Assembly (NCBI GenBank): GCA_051294905.1
Contig: CM119380.1
Coordinates: 20,832,001 to 20,896,000, forward strand
Source of the DNA: Botryllus schlosseri
Lineage: Eukaryota
Length of the DNA: 64,000 nucleotides
Reading direction: 5' to 3'
Position 1 is the first letter of the stretch, and every line of letters begins with the position of its first letter. Made by a program: the position numbers and the translations under genes. Under the pieces are notes generated by a model that worked only from the letters and a program-made list of their open reading frames with translations, was not told where the DNA came from and searched no databases. Below are positions 47,901 through 58,871 of this stretch, piece after piece.

Positions 47901-50900
47901 AAAACAATTTGAAATAGGTATTCATGTTATCGCATCAAAAAGTCGTGGATCAATTTTACTGAAACCCCTGTTACAACTTTGTGAACATAAATGTTTCTTT
48001 GTGACACAAGGAAGATCCACGCCATAGTCAAATAGTATTCAATATATGAATACCTCATCCAATTATATATGCATAGGTATGCATATGCAGTATGCACCCT
48101 ATGCTACGGTGATATTTCAAGAGCATTGCACGGCTACATAACACAGAGTCAAAAGACAAGCCATCAGCAGACCTTATCTCTGATGTTTTGGTGGTGCTGA
48201 CTCTAGGGCTTTGCAGCCAGAGCAGTGCATTTTCACCAGAGCCGGATTCTAAGTAAAATCTAAATGGAGAGTCGGAGTAGCAGCTGGAGCCAGATGTTTG
48301 AAAAATAGTTCAGGCTCTGTTGTATTTCACAAGATGCTATTATATGAATTCCCATAATTCAACAGCAACCCTTTACAAGATTGTTGCCTCCCTTGGTCAC
48401 CTTTTCTAACCATCCCCATTGTTGGGAATTTGACAATCACCTGTTCATAGCTGCAACGATGATACTGACTACTGAGTACTGACTGAGCCAATTGATAGTT
48501 TTCACATGGTCATTTAACGGACCCGAAGCTGGAGCCGGAATAGTGACATCTAGGAGCTCCAGAGCTGAAGTCGGATCTAATTTATAATAAAAGAGCGCTC
48601 TGCAGCTAAAGCAATTAAACATTTACGCTTGGTCCAAAGCCTTGGGCTGACTGGATAACCTACCCGACAAGATAGCGTAGTGGCAGCGTATCGGATTCAA
48701 TAACCTAATGGCTCCTTCCTCCTTGACCTCCTTCGTATCTGAATTGTCAAAGTATTACGGAGGAGCAGACAAAAATAAACTGCATCCTCCAAAGCTTCCT
48801 AATGCTTACTTCGCCTCTCCATAAATGAAGCAAACGAAAATGAACCGCCTTCTTATATTTTGTGTAACAGCATTATGAGTAGCCAATATTTTTATAATTA
48901 TATCACTAACCTTGACAAACGATTGTGGAGTACGATCGTAATCCAACACTACAAAGAAGATATCGGGTTCGCTTTTCACATGAGCAGCGTAAGAATGTGC
49001 TGCGATGATGAATTGTTCTTTCGCTTCTTGGCATATTTCACAGCCGTGTTTAGGATCGGCTGCGTTGAATATTGCAACGACAGAATATTTGCTATGCTTC
49101 GATCTGAGTAAAAATAGGCATTGGTAAGCATTCATAGTTTGAAAGGTCCAAAAATTAGAATATTACATGAGGACATTGTATGATGAGAACCATGTATCAT
49201 CATCTACACATTCTTTGATCAGAGTGTACCCGGAAGTAAATTTATCTCAATAATTTGAGCTGGTTCAACAGAAATGAGTTTCATATCAGCATCACGTTTC
49301 TATTTCTTTGCTTCAAATGCAAAATTTCAAGTCAAAAGTAGGTGTGCCACAATATTTCAAATGGAAAATGTTCAAGCTATATGGTTGAATATTATTTACG
49401 TATAACTACCGCAGATCTTACTTCACATATTTTGAAAACAGTTCATCACTGGCATCAATCAATGCTCCGTGTTCGGTGGACGTTTTTCTCATATATTCCA
49501 GGTTTTCCTGTGCCTGTTTGTGAATAACAAATATCAGTTCATTTTCATACTGGAACATGTATTGCATGACATGCACGCACAGATCTCGGGAAATCTAAGA
49601 AAAGTATCTATAAAGTCAAGCTGATTATTTAAAATTTCAATTCAGGCCTGCACAATATATCTCTTGTTGATAGGCGAGTAGGCTACTATTTCGGTTATAA
49701 TGATATATTTCAAGGACATACTAGGGAAGTGGTTGCGTCGCCAGTCTTACAGACCAGTGGTTGCATTGCATTCCCGTTGGATGTTCCCAGTTTATAAGAA
49801 TCCGATATTCAAAGGAAAGGACGTAGTTCATTTTTGTCCTTGATGTTTTTGCGGCATATACACCGACTCATGATATACATACACGCGATCTGCGCATACG
49901 CATATCATGAGTGCATGATGTGTATATGCCGCAGGACAAGGAAGGTGCAGATATAGCCTTTTATGGCTTTCTAAGTCTTGCACCACCCCTCCATGCTATA
50001 CCAGTAATGCATGAGCGCCAAGCAGGGAAGTCATGGATACCAATCAGGTCTTTGGTCTGACCCGGCTGGGGATCGAATCCACGACCTGCCGATCAAGATG
50101 CCGGACGCTTTACCATTACGCTACACTGTATCACATTACATTCGTGAGAGTCAGGTCGGTTGTTATTTTGGAATTGGTTTTGGTACTTGTGCACACACAA
50201 TTCCTCTGTCGCCTACATGTTACATTCTCGCAAATATCATTAATATCAACGGATGTCATTTTGCATCGATATATAGGTTTGAAAGAATGAAGCCTATTTC
50301 TGCAATATGAAACCAATGATCATAGCAAGAGTGATATTTAATACAACCTTATTACGTGAATCTCACATGGGCAACTCTGCCATTTGACATAGGCAAGTGT
50401 CTATTAATCCCGCACCAACGATTGCCTGCAAGTACATCACACACGCGGCAACGAAGAACAACTACCATATGATCAGGTCGGAATACAAGAAAACGCATTG
50501 CTGTATCCAGTTTGCCGGACCCCAATTGTGGAACAGCATCTGGCCGGCTATCCGACAGTCGTCGAGCATGTCTGCATTCAAGTCGAAATACAAGCAATTT
50601 CGTCTAAATGAATACTAGACAGCCTTCAGGATTACCAGACCACGACCTAACATATCGATCTCGCCTTCCGCCACATGTCACCTCATTCTGTCGCTTGCCT
50701 TTTATATTCTCTGCTTTACTTTTCATTCAGTGAACATACCTCTTGGCCGAGGCGGGGGTTTGATTTCAAAGACTACTGCAAGTCGTTTCAACACGCTCCT
50801 ATCTTTTCATTGTATCACAGTTTTGTGGTGATTTGAAATGATGAAAATATTAAAGAACTGATACTGAGAAGTCAACCGAATACTATAGTACGGGTCATGG

Positions 50901-51217
50901 GCCAGGCCGCTGAGACAGAGTGGAATCGTTCCCGACATCATGCGCAATGTTCCATCAATTTGCATAAATACATTCACCGCATCCGCAACAAACCCTCGGT
51001 CACTTTAAATTACAGCCGAAAACAACCATCGATTTTAGACTGCGTTTAAAGATTTTCGGTTATGGTCGAGCGCCTGGATATCGCCAATATGTGCGTACTT
51101 CCAACTCATGAACTCTTCAAGGAGATAGTTACTACTTACTGTTCTCGCTGCTGTCTCTTGATACAAATAAAGAAACGAGATGAAAAATGATGTGAATGCT
51201 GCTACGGAGTTCCTCAT
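41948..51217 (-). CDS. MAGT1/TUSC3: OST3/OST6-family oligosaccharyltransferase oxidoreductase subunit (MAGT1/TUSC3-like), divergent, 7 exons, 325 aa
   Basis: Exons 51140-51217 (signal-peptide-like MRNSVAAFTSFFISFLYLYQETAART), 49422-49513, 48911-49103 (YSVVAIFNA, CEIC CxxC, IFFVVLDYD), 47756-47896 (HAP, KKDTYD), 47545-47688 (TM), 42111-42333 (MTSGQMWNFIR, QF.YET), 41948-42054 (LLSVFRMKSHGYPY). Total 978 nt, phases consistent. Confidence 0.88.
42395..42718. mobile_element. hAT MITE
   Basis: CAATGGTTTCC / GGGAACCACTG ends; TSD CATTAGAT/CATTAGAC. Confidence 0.75.
43246..45238. mobile_element. 2-kb non-autonomous hAT element with GGAGTC subterminal repeats
   Basis: TIR CAGGGCTGCGGAGTCGG / CCGACTCCACAGCCCTG; perfect TSD GTAGCAAC; apparent nested MITE at about 43490-44337. 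Confidence 0.85.
46408..46441 (-). ncRNA. Candidate minimal type-I hammerhead ribozyme
   Basis: Exact reverse complement of 46754-46787. Confidence 0.55.
46754..46787 (+). ncRNA. Candidate minimal type-I hammerhead ribozyme
   Basis: ACCC-CUGACGA-GUGUCAGCC-GAAA-AUAU-UC-GGGU; predicted cut after C46783; helix II is only one canonical pair. Confidence 0.55.
46947..47419. mobile_element. hAT MITE, GAGGAC family
   Basis: TIR TAGGCTTACCATA; perfect TSD CCATTAGG; related fragments near 2095-2205 and 58480-58520. Confidence 0.85.
49810..50124 (-). mobile_element. tRNA-derived SINE, subfamily 1
   Basis: A box TAGCGTAATGG, B box GGATTCGATCCC; body colinear with 30361-30681. Confidence 0.8.
50360..50868 (+). 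mobile_element. 5'-truncated LINE (ORF2 C-terminus plus 3' UTR)
   Basis: Encodes FAGPQLWNSIWPAIRQSSSMSAFKSKYKQ, homologous to the end of ORF 21253-23277, then the same 3' UTR. Confidence 0.85.
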
Positions 51218-51539
51218 GACCAAACTTGAGGCAATTGCACGATGCACCGATTAATATTTTTTCAAATATTCTTCTTCGCAAGCATGCCCTGGTCGTGCCG
51301 ACAACCAGCAGAAAACTGACTCCGGCCAGGAGATTAGAAGTCCTATCCCTGCTATCGCACAACAGATTTCAGATTTACAAATCGGTATTAGCCCAACGCG
51401 GAAGCGGAAGTGGAATTTTTCACGTTCACACATTCTGATCAATCAAGCATTCAATTATAAATCATTGAGGAACCAGAGCACTGAGTGCAGTGGCTCCTGT
51501 TCACAAACTGAGGTATGCGTTCCGCTAGTCGGTAGTGAC

Positions 51540-51565
51540 CAAAGAATATACATATACATTCTTTG
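51540..51565. repeat. 26-bp imperfect palindrome flanked by an 8-bp direct repeat
   Basis: GTAGTGAC-CAAAGAATATACATATACATTCTTTG-GTAGTGAC. Confidence 0.8.
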
Positions 51566-52078
51566 GTAGTGACTAATGAACCCCTGGGGGCCACTGTGCT
51601 ACCATAGCCTGACTTAATCGACACCGTTTACTTGATGACTTGAAATTGACTCGTAAATTTTGCTCCGAGTGACGAGTCAATCCACATTTCTGAAGCGCCG
51701 AGTCAGGTCAAGTCATACGAAAAGTAGACTCTATTCAGACTCGAATCATCCCAACACTAAAAATGGGCAATTAATGTGGGCGTTCGAGCGGGTCATTCGG
51801 GAGTCAAATCAGAATGATGACCTTTTTTTAGTCAACACAACAACGACTATACACACACGGGTCCTCGAAGACTATATTGGGTTTGATATTTATTTTATAA
51901 GAACAATCTGAAATCTCCACGTCTGGCTATGTGAAATAGGTGCCGTGAGTCAGAAGATTTGTCACGGCACTGAAAGCGAGTTCTAACAATAAATATAAGC
52001 TGGGAGAGGGAGTGAGGAAAAATTTAACCCGACTCCAGGAAAAATATATTTCTGTATGATTCAATTGTACATCCAGAA

Positions 52079-55000
52079 CAATGATATATATACAATGATT
52101 GGAAACTGCCACGCCCCCTAACGCTGTAAGGTTTACTCCCGCCGAAATCAGCGTGTGCGCGGATAAGGTTGACTGCATACACTTCATTGAGTAATGTTGG
52201 CCGTGGTGGAGTACTGCTATCACCTTTGCTGGCAGTTATTCCACTGTTTTTCGTTTGTTGGTTGATTGTTAACAGGTTTTGCGAGCATAGTGAGACAGTA
52301 CTGCATACTAAGGTCTATTCAAACTTCCGCCAATGCGCAATATTCAGGTACTGACTAGCTGCTTAGGTTTTTGCACCTGTGGATGAGCGTAAAAAAGCTT
52401 GGAAAATTAGGACAGATTGAGATTCGAACATTTGTAAGCATCAATTACGCCATCTGATATCTTGAAAGCGAAACTGATTAAGATGCTTTTGTGAGTAATC
52501 TTATTGCTGGTGGGTGGCCAACCTGAAAATTCGATGAGACCCATTTAACAGAAAGCAATTTTATTAAAGGCTACTATAATATTTAAAACTCTTTTTTCTC
52601 ACTAATAGTTGATTGATGAATAGTTGGTTGCGTCAGATGGGGGATAGTGTTGCATACCAGGGTGTGCTAAAACCTCTGCCAATGCGCATTTGTTTAAAGT
52701 TCCAGCAAAACGTTTTTGCACTGGCGCCAAATATGAATGGGCGGAAAACCTTGAGAAATTTATGAGGAGCATGCGTCAAGATCGTGGCTGGATCAATTGT
52801 ACAAAAAAAGACGATTTAAAGATTTGCGAACTTCATTCGCGTCATCTGATTTGTTGAAAGGTGAGGAAATGATTCTATACTGTAGCCTACTCTTCATCAT
52901 TGCATAAGCACTACAGAGTGGTGGGCTACCTTGACTATATATTTTGATTCCCATGGTAGTTGACTGGTAAGCTGATGAAACGAGTTTCGTTTTAATGTCT
53001 AATGCATTTGCTCTTGCGTATAGGACACAAATCGATCAATTTGCAAATTGGAGCAATTCCAACCTTAAATTTGCCTGTAAATTGGCTAGATTGTGTTCTC
53101 ATGACTTTATAGCTGTGTCGAAAACTTCATCGCGAATACTTCAGCAATGCTGTTCACGGTGATGTTTCATGTGTCTAACTACTTCTGATTTTTTGCATTT
53201 TCAGTGAAACAGAATATTGTATTCAGTACAACGAAAGACGGAATGGTAAGATTCGTTGATCTTGGGGAGTCGAGACCTGTAGATGATGATGAACCAGCTA
53301 CACACGCTCTTCAAGTTTATGCCAGTGGCCAGGTAACGTCTGTTTCCCTTGGCATACTGCGCAACAAAGTCGGTGGCTTCATTTCGACTTTTGAGTATGC
53401 CTATATTCTGGAAATGTGTCGGCATCTTGGAGGATTGTGGATTTCGGGTAGCTGCGTTTGTTGCTGATGGACTCAGTGCAAATCGCAAGATGTTCCAAGA
53501 GCGTACGCAACAACCTCTACGCCAGCCGCACTGGTGGTACGAAACTTCTCAACAAGGATGGTAAATTTATTCGATGGCGGCATTTTTTCGGCTGTTTGAA
53601 CTGACGGAATTGAGATGCGGCAAATTGACGGATGCACATTTTCGTATGCAAAGCTTGGCAAAGATGCGGGAGATTTTGCAGCTCAGCTTCTGTCTAATAG
53701 TGTTGCGCGTATTATGCGAGCAGGAGAGGTGGCGCTAAAGAAGCTTCTGCATGGTTTGCAGGTATTTACAAGTGGTTCGACATTATGAATACATCAACCA
53801 AGTTCAGCTACAACGCCGACTTGAAGCCATATTGCAGTCCAGACGATTCACGCTTGGACTGGCTGGAAAATGATTTCTTGCCTAAAATGCGAAAATGGAT
53901 AGATTCTTGTGCTGAAGGAACAGCAACTTAGAAAACCAAAAAATTCTTGGGTCTCGATAATCATTTATGCATTTAATAACCATGGACAGGTACGGTCAAA
54001 TAGCCGAATCCTTATTCTGCACTACAGATATTAATGAATTTGGTGACACCTTGATATCATATAAAATTACGGAAAAAGAATGTTCCCCATCCTACCAATG
54101 ATTTGGGCAAGAGCAAGCAAAGATGGACAAACAGCTAAACAAGGCAGATTTCATCAAGAGTAGATACGGCATCGTTCGGGTCGTATTTGGCCATTCTTGA
54201 GCCAACGAAAGCGAGTGTACTGCTGCATTATTAAGGACATCATCCAAATACTTTTCCCAAGTTGAAGATGACAAAAATTGATATCCAGCACTGTTATTGC
54301 TTAACAAATCACGCATAAACTGTTTTTGTTGTCCACATGGTTATTTTTGCATTGGTCTAGTTCTGTACAGTTGCATATTAATGTTACTTTTTTCAAATGC
54401 CTGCATCATTATTTCGGTCATATACACATGAATTAGGGATTTGAGGATTAAATTATGTATTCGTAAATGTTCTATCTGTGAAGTGTATGTATCTTCTTCA
54501 TTTCTTTACATAACATGATGAAATCCTGAAAATTCAATTCTGTATTCTAAGGCATCGAGATTTTGTGGAATGATCATGGATAGGTGACTTTTTTCAGAGG
54601 TGGGTGATGTATGCAACGTTGCTACTGAAGTAGTGGAAGTATTGCTACAATGATTTACTCAGGTTCAAATAGAAGTAGCGAAAATATAAATGTGTATAGT
54701 ACTTTTAAAAAGTTCTAAAAGTAGATTTGGTTGTTCGCTCGGAGTCAGTTGGAAATAGTCACTTTTGAAATTGCAGGGTTAAGCTTAGTGACTACCGCAA
54801 AATGGCCATTGAATATGTGCGTGCTATTTTCAAAAACCTTCAAAACTCAGGAGATCTAGATATCCCCAGAAAAAAACAAGTTGTGATGTTTTTGTTTGGT
54901 GAGTAGTATGAAAACACAATCACCCGCGGAAGTAGGCAAACCTACTCGAGTACTCAAAATAACTAGAATTACTCCTTTAAAAACTACGTCTGCTTGATAT

Positions 55001-55538
55001 TTAATTATATATGATGTTATTGATGTAGGAATATGATGGAAAAGCGACACCTCAAGTTGGAATGAAGGTTGTGTCACTTGCAACAAAGGTTGAACGTCCG
55101 CGACTGTGTGAACATAAGCCTCGTTGGTCGTCACAAGGCTGCATCACGGGGATTGCGTATAATTGCGAGTCGTCAATGTGTGAATTGGATTTACGATACG
55201 CGCATGACGCGCGAAATTTATCTTGTGAACTAGGTGTACGACTGTACGAAGTACGTGTACGTGAATCAACGTTTATATGGCAGCGGTCCGCTAGCATAAT
55301 CAGAAGAAAAATGCCAGACGCGAGAAAGAAATGCGCTTTTAAAGCTATTCAACACGTTAACGCTAATTGCCACTGATAAATATACCCAATGAATTATATA
55401 TCATCGCTAGTTCCTCAAAGAAGTATTGCTGAGGAAGCCTTTGTTTACAGCACAACTGTGTATGCGATGAAGCGTGACCAGGAACACGCTGAAACGCAGA
55501 GCTCACGGTAGTTTCCAATCATTGTATATATATCATTG
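52079..55538 (+). mobile_element. P-superfamily DNA transposon with both termini
   Basis: 29-bp perfect TIR CAATGATATATATACAATGATTGGAAACT at 52079-52107 and 55510-55538; perfect 8-bp TSD ATCCAGAA (52071-52078, 55539-55546); internal THAP and transposase remnants. Confidence 0.9.
52637..53930 (+). pseudogene. Decayed THAP-domain P-element (THAP9-like) transposase
   Basis: CCIPGC...W...KICELH THAP signature (52648-52836), GAIPTLNLP near 53050, then GFRVAAFVADGLSANRKMF, FAAQLLSNSVA, KWFDIMN, RLDWLENDFL across frames; several frameshifts and stops. Confidence 0.8.
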
Positions 55539-56192
55539 ATCCAGAACGATATATAGTGAGAGATATTGAACTTTGATGTGAGCGCAAAATTGTTCTGCAA
55601 TATAGACGACATGCTAGGAAATTTCACTGATTATTCAGTAACGAACTTCTGATTGGAATATAGATATATCTTGAAATAAAATCACCAGCATATATTCTTG
55701 TGCAGTTTTTCGAAATGATTGCTGTATATTTCTGCGTCAAAATTAGATACACCCATACGAACAAGACCGTTATCAAGCCTATAAGCCAGCTTGAGAATTG
55801 GAAAAGTTCACGTCTTAGTAAATCTCTCTGATCTATCACGGGCTTATTATTATTGAATCCAAAGAGTTCCATTTTTACCTTGATCAGATTTCATCATTAC
55901 CAAAAAATGTTAAATTCGACTCGGAAAACTTGATCAATAGCCTATGTTCGTCAAAAGCGACATCTTTTCTCGAAACAAGAACTTTTGGGGGACAGGGTCG
56001 CATCACTGTGAAAATTTCACGACCGTTTGAACTATAGAGAGTAAAATTGCGGAAGGCAGTTTTCCTTAAAGCCGTATCGCACCAAACTGTGCACTGTGCA
56101 GCAATATAACTGTTCAAATACATTGCAGTTCTCACCACACACACATTCTGCCGGCTGCTGAATCAGTCCATTGAAGGGCAGGATATATATTG

Positions 56193-56472
56193 TAGGGTTA
56201 GCATAGGCTACGTCATCTTTTAAGAGGATTTGTCCTCTTTTTAGCTTTTCGGAAAGTGTCCTCGGAGGACGCCCAAATATTCTATTTTTTGAAAATGTAT
56301 CCTCTTTTTTGAAAAGTTTAGTTTAATGAATGTTAAAATTCGACTGAGATATAGGAAATAAGTGCTCAAGTAACGTAACGTAACGTAACGGTGGGTATTT
56401 TGGGAGTTGAGCCGGAAAGTTGACCTTGAAAAAAGTGTCATCTTTTCAGATTCCCAAAATATAGTAACCCTA
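56193..56472. mobile_element. hAT MITE, GAGGAC family
   Basis: TAGGGTTA / TAACCCTA ends; perfect TSD ATATATTG. Confidence 0.85.
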
Positions 56473-56559
56473 ATATATTGTTAAATAACAATGGAACAAT
56501 TTTCCGGTACAGCGGCTTGAACAGATCGACGCCTTGATCGACCATAAATTGCCTTGGCT

Positions 56560-58060
56560 CAGTGGCGTAGCAGCCACTTGGCGGTTCTGGCTCTGCGCCA
56601 GGGGCGGCAGGCTCCAAGGGGGCGGCAAAATGAGGCTGCACCGTGAGAGAGAGAGAGAGAGAGATGGTATTATTTTTCGCTTGCACCACCGAGATGCTTT
56701 GACGACGGAGATGCGATACGGACGTTATAGCAAGGTCATCTAGTCTGCACCCCCGTTTTTTCTCCTGCGTGATTGCTGAGCGCCTAGCGTGATAACCGCG
56801 GATACCAGTTTTCTACTCTTTAGTCTGACCTGGCTGGGGATCGAACCCACGACCTACCGATCAAGAAGCCGGACGAATCACCATTACACTATCTAGCTCG
56901 GCACAGTGTACAGTGTACACATCTGGCGAAAAGAAGCGTAATTGGTATAGTCCTATAGCTGGCGTCCCGTGAGGTAAAATTTAATCAAACAGGTCTCAAT
57001 CGAAAGCTATAATGTCACGCTGATTCCGCAAACACGAATTAATATGTTAACATGGGGATGAAACCACTCCGAAATAGCCGATTGTTCGGAGAGTTCGCAG
57101 AAAAAAGAGAATGCGTGGCGAACAATTAGAAAATGCTGGCCTCAGTGTTGTAGAAGAAATTTAGACGATGCATGTTTCAAGCTTTGGACAGATTTAAACT
57201 TGAAGCTGAAACTATAGGTTTACCGGCATACACCACTTAAAAGATATGTTTGGATTTTTGAATTCCCACGCGCAGCTGCAAAGCGAAAGTCACAATATAT
57301 TCACCACGCTTTTAGAAGCACTTATGACGACGAGGTGGACTTTTTGAAGTTATAGCTGCGAAACTTGTCATGCCTTATACCTTCGAATTAGGGATCATAT
57401 AAATCAGAAGATTGCTAGCTTTTCCTACAACCCAATATGAGGCCTCTAGGACGAACACAAATTAATATATGATCATATGAAGTTGTTCAACTTGAGATTT
57501 TAAAAAGGTTAAGTTAAGAGGCTGGTGCGGAGCAGTGAAACTACTTTTGACCGTAGTGCAACAGCGCTTGATGTTTTACAATGGTTAGTTAATGCAAAGC
57601 TACTTGAATCGACACCATATTTATGCTCGTGTCTGAAACTTTATCTTTCCATTGGTGTTTCAATTGCGAGCTGTGTGAGGTGCTTCTCAAAGCTCAAACT
57701 GATTTAGTCTTATTTACATTCTACCATGAATGATGATCGGCTATTAGCTCTATGCATTCTATCTACAGAGACTACGTTCAAAAACTCGAATTTGAGGATA
57801 TTATCGATGATTTCGCTTTGAGGCGGCTATTGATTTTCTATTTGCACAACACATTCGTTCGCTATTTCTTGTCTTTATTATTTTGTACCTTATCAACGTT
57901 GAGACGTAGAGGCTGAGACGCGGCATATTATTTGTATTTATTTTTATTGACAAGATTGCTTGAACATGAATCTATGTCGAAATTTGCTGCGGTCTACTTA
58001 GGGGGGGGGCGTCATTTTAAGCGAGAGCCAGGGGCGGCAGCACATGCTGCTACGCCAGTG
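56560..58060 (+). mobile_element. Decayed hAT element with transposase C-terminal dimerisation remnant
   Basis: Ends CAGTGGCGTAGC / GCTACGCCAGTG; CCAGGGGCGGCAG near both ends; 57525-57830 encodes SIASCVRCFSKLKLI*SYLHSTMNDDRL...EDIIDDFA; TSD only 5/8; a SINE is nested inside. Confidence 0.65.
56645..56893 (-). mobile_element. tRNA-derived SINE, subfamily 2 with (TC)n tail
   Basis: A box TAGTGTAATGG, B box GGTTCGATCCC, central GCGCTCAGCA, different 3' body. Confidence 0.75.
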
Positions 58061-58297
58061 ACTTGACATAGCCAATTTTGCAGTTTTTACTGCACATTTT
58101 GGTGTTTTATTCATCAATCGTTTCAACACTACGCAGCAGTTGCCCTCTAAAGCTCCACCACCCCCATTTGCTCTCAGCGCCCCTCTACCGCCCAATTTGA
58201 AGGCAGCACCACGCAATCACCCATTTCGTGACCAGCGCCCCCTTCACGCTCGCCAACGCCCCCGGGAGCCGCTGGCGCCCACTTTGGGAGCCACTGG

Positions 58298-58415
58298 TGT
58301 AGGCCAATGTGGGTGTCTGATTAAAAGACGACTCCAATTCGTTTCGGTACCCTTCTATCTTTTCATGATATCGCAATCGTTTGGTATATTCTGTTGATAA
58401 AAATATTAATAAACG
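58298..58415 (+). mobile_element. LINE 3'-end fragment
   Basis: GGGTGTCTGATT...GACTCC...AATAAAC matches the LINE 3' UTR. Confidence 0.6.
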
Positions 58416-58824
58416 ATGATCTCAACAAGATTTCCAGTTTCTGTTTTCGATTTCGGTAAGCAAGCTTTTATGATTTTGAAAAGTGTCCTCCCTTTCGGAT
58501 TCTAAAATATGGTAACCCTATGTTATATGTTGTGATATTGACTTGGTCTCAAGTCATACTTGCAAAGCATATGTAAACTACTTGACTTATAATCCTTTTC
58601 AATTGCAGTGCGACTTTTGACTGTTCACTGTGACTTATCTCTGAAATTGTATTTTAGATCCGGGGTGCTCACTATACTCCCAATGTCGATCAAGATATAC
58701 TAATGGATCGCGAAGCTCTATTCGTGACCGATCACGAGACCTTTTGCTACAGATCGCGTCGAGAAACCTTTCGACGGATCGCGCAGCAATATACTAATCA
58801 CAAATGAATAACATAATGAAATGA

Positions 58825-58858
58825 ACCCGAATATTTTCGGCTGACGCTCGTCAGGGGT
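58825..58858 (-). ncRNA. Candidate minimal type-I hammerhead ribozyme
   Basis: Same motif with one change in loop II (GCGUCAGCC). Confidence 0.5.
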
Positions 58859-58871
58859 GATCGTCGGCAGC

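Noticed and set aside
48437-48622. ORF with splice-like borders inside the OST3/6 gene
   Set aside because: Not needed for the frame, no family similarity, and overlaps a degenerate GGAGCC-type MITE.
55624-56144. Two adjacent minus-strand ORFs, one with a hydrophobic stretch and one with KVLVSRKDVAFDE (copia-like)
   Set aside because: Motif too short, no other retroelement domains or LTRs, and the best exon candidate (55879-56034) has stops in all frames.
56806-56893. tRNA gene
   Set aside because: No complete cloverleaf; runs directly into a SINE body, as do the copies at 30600-30681 and 50045-50124.
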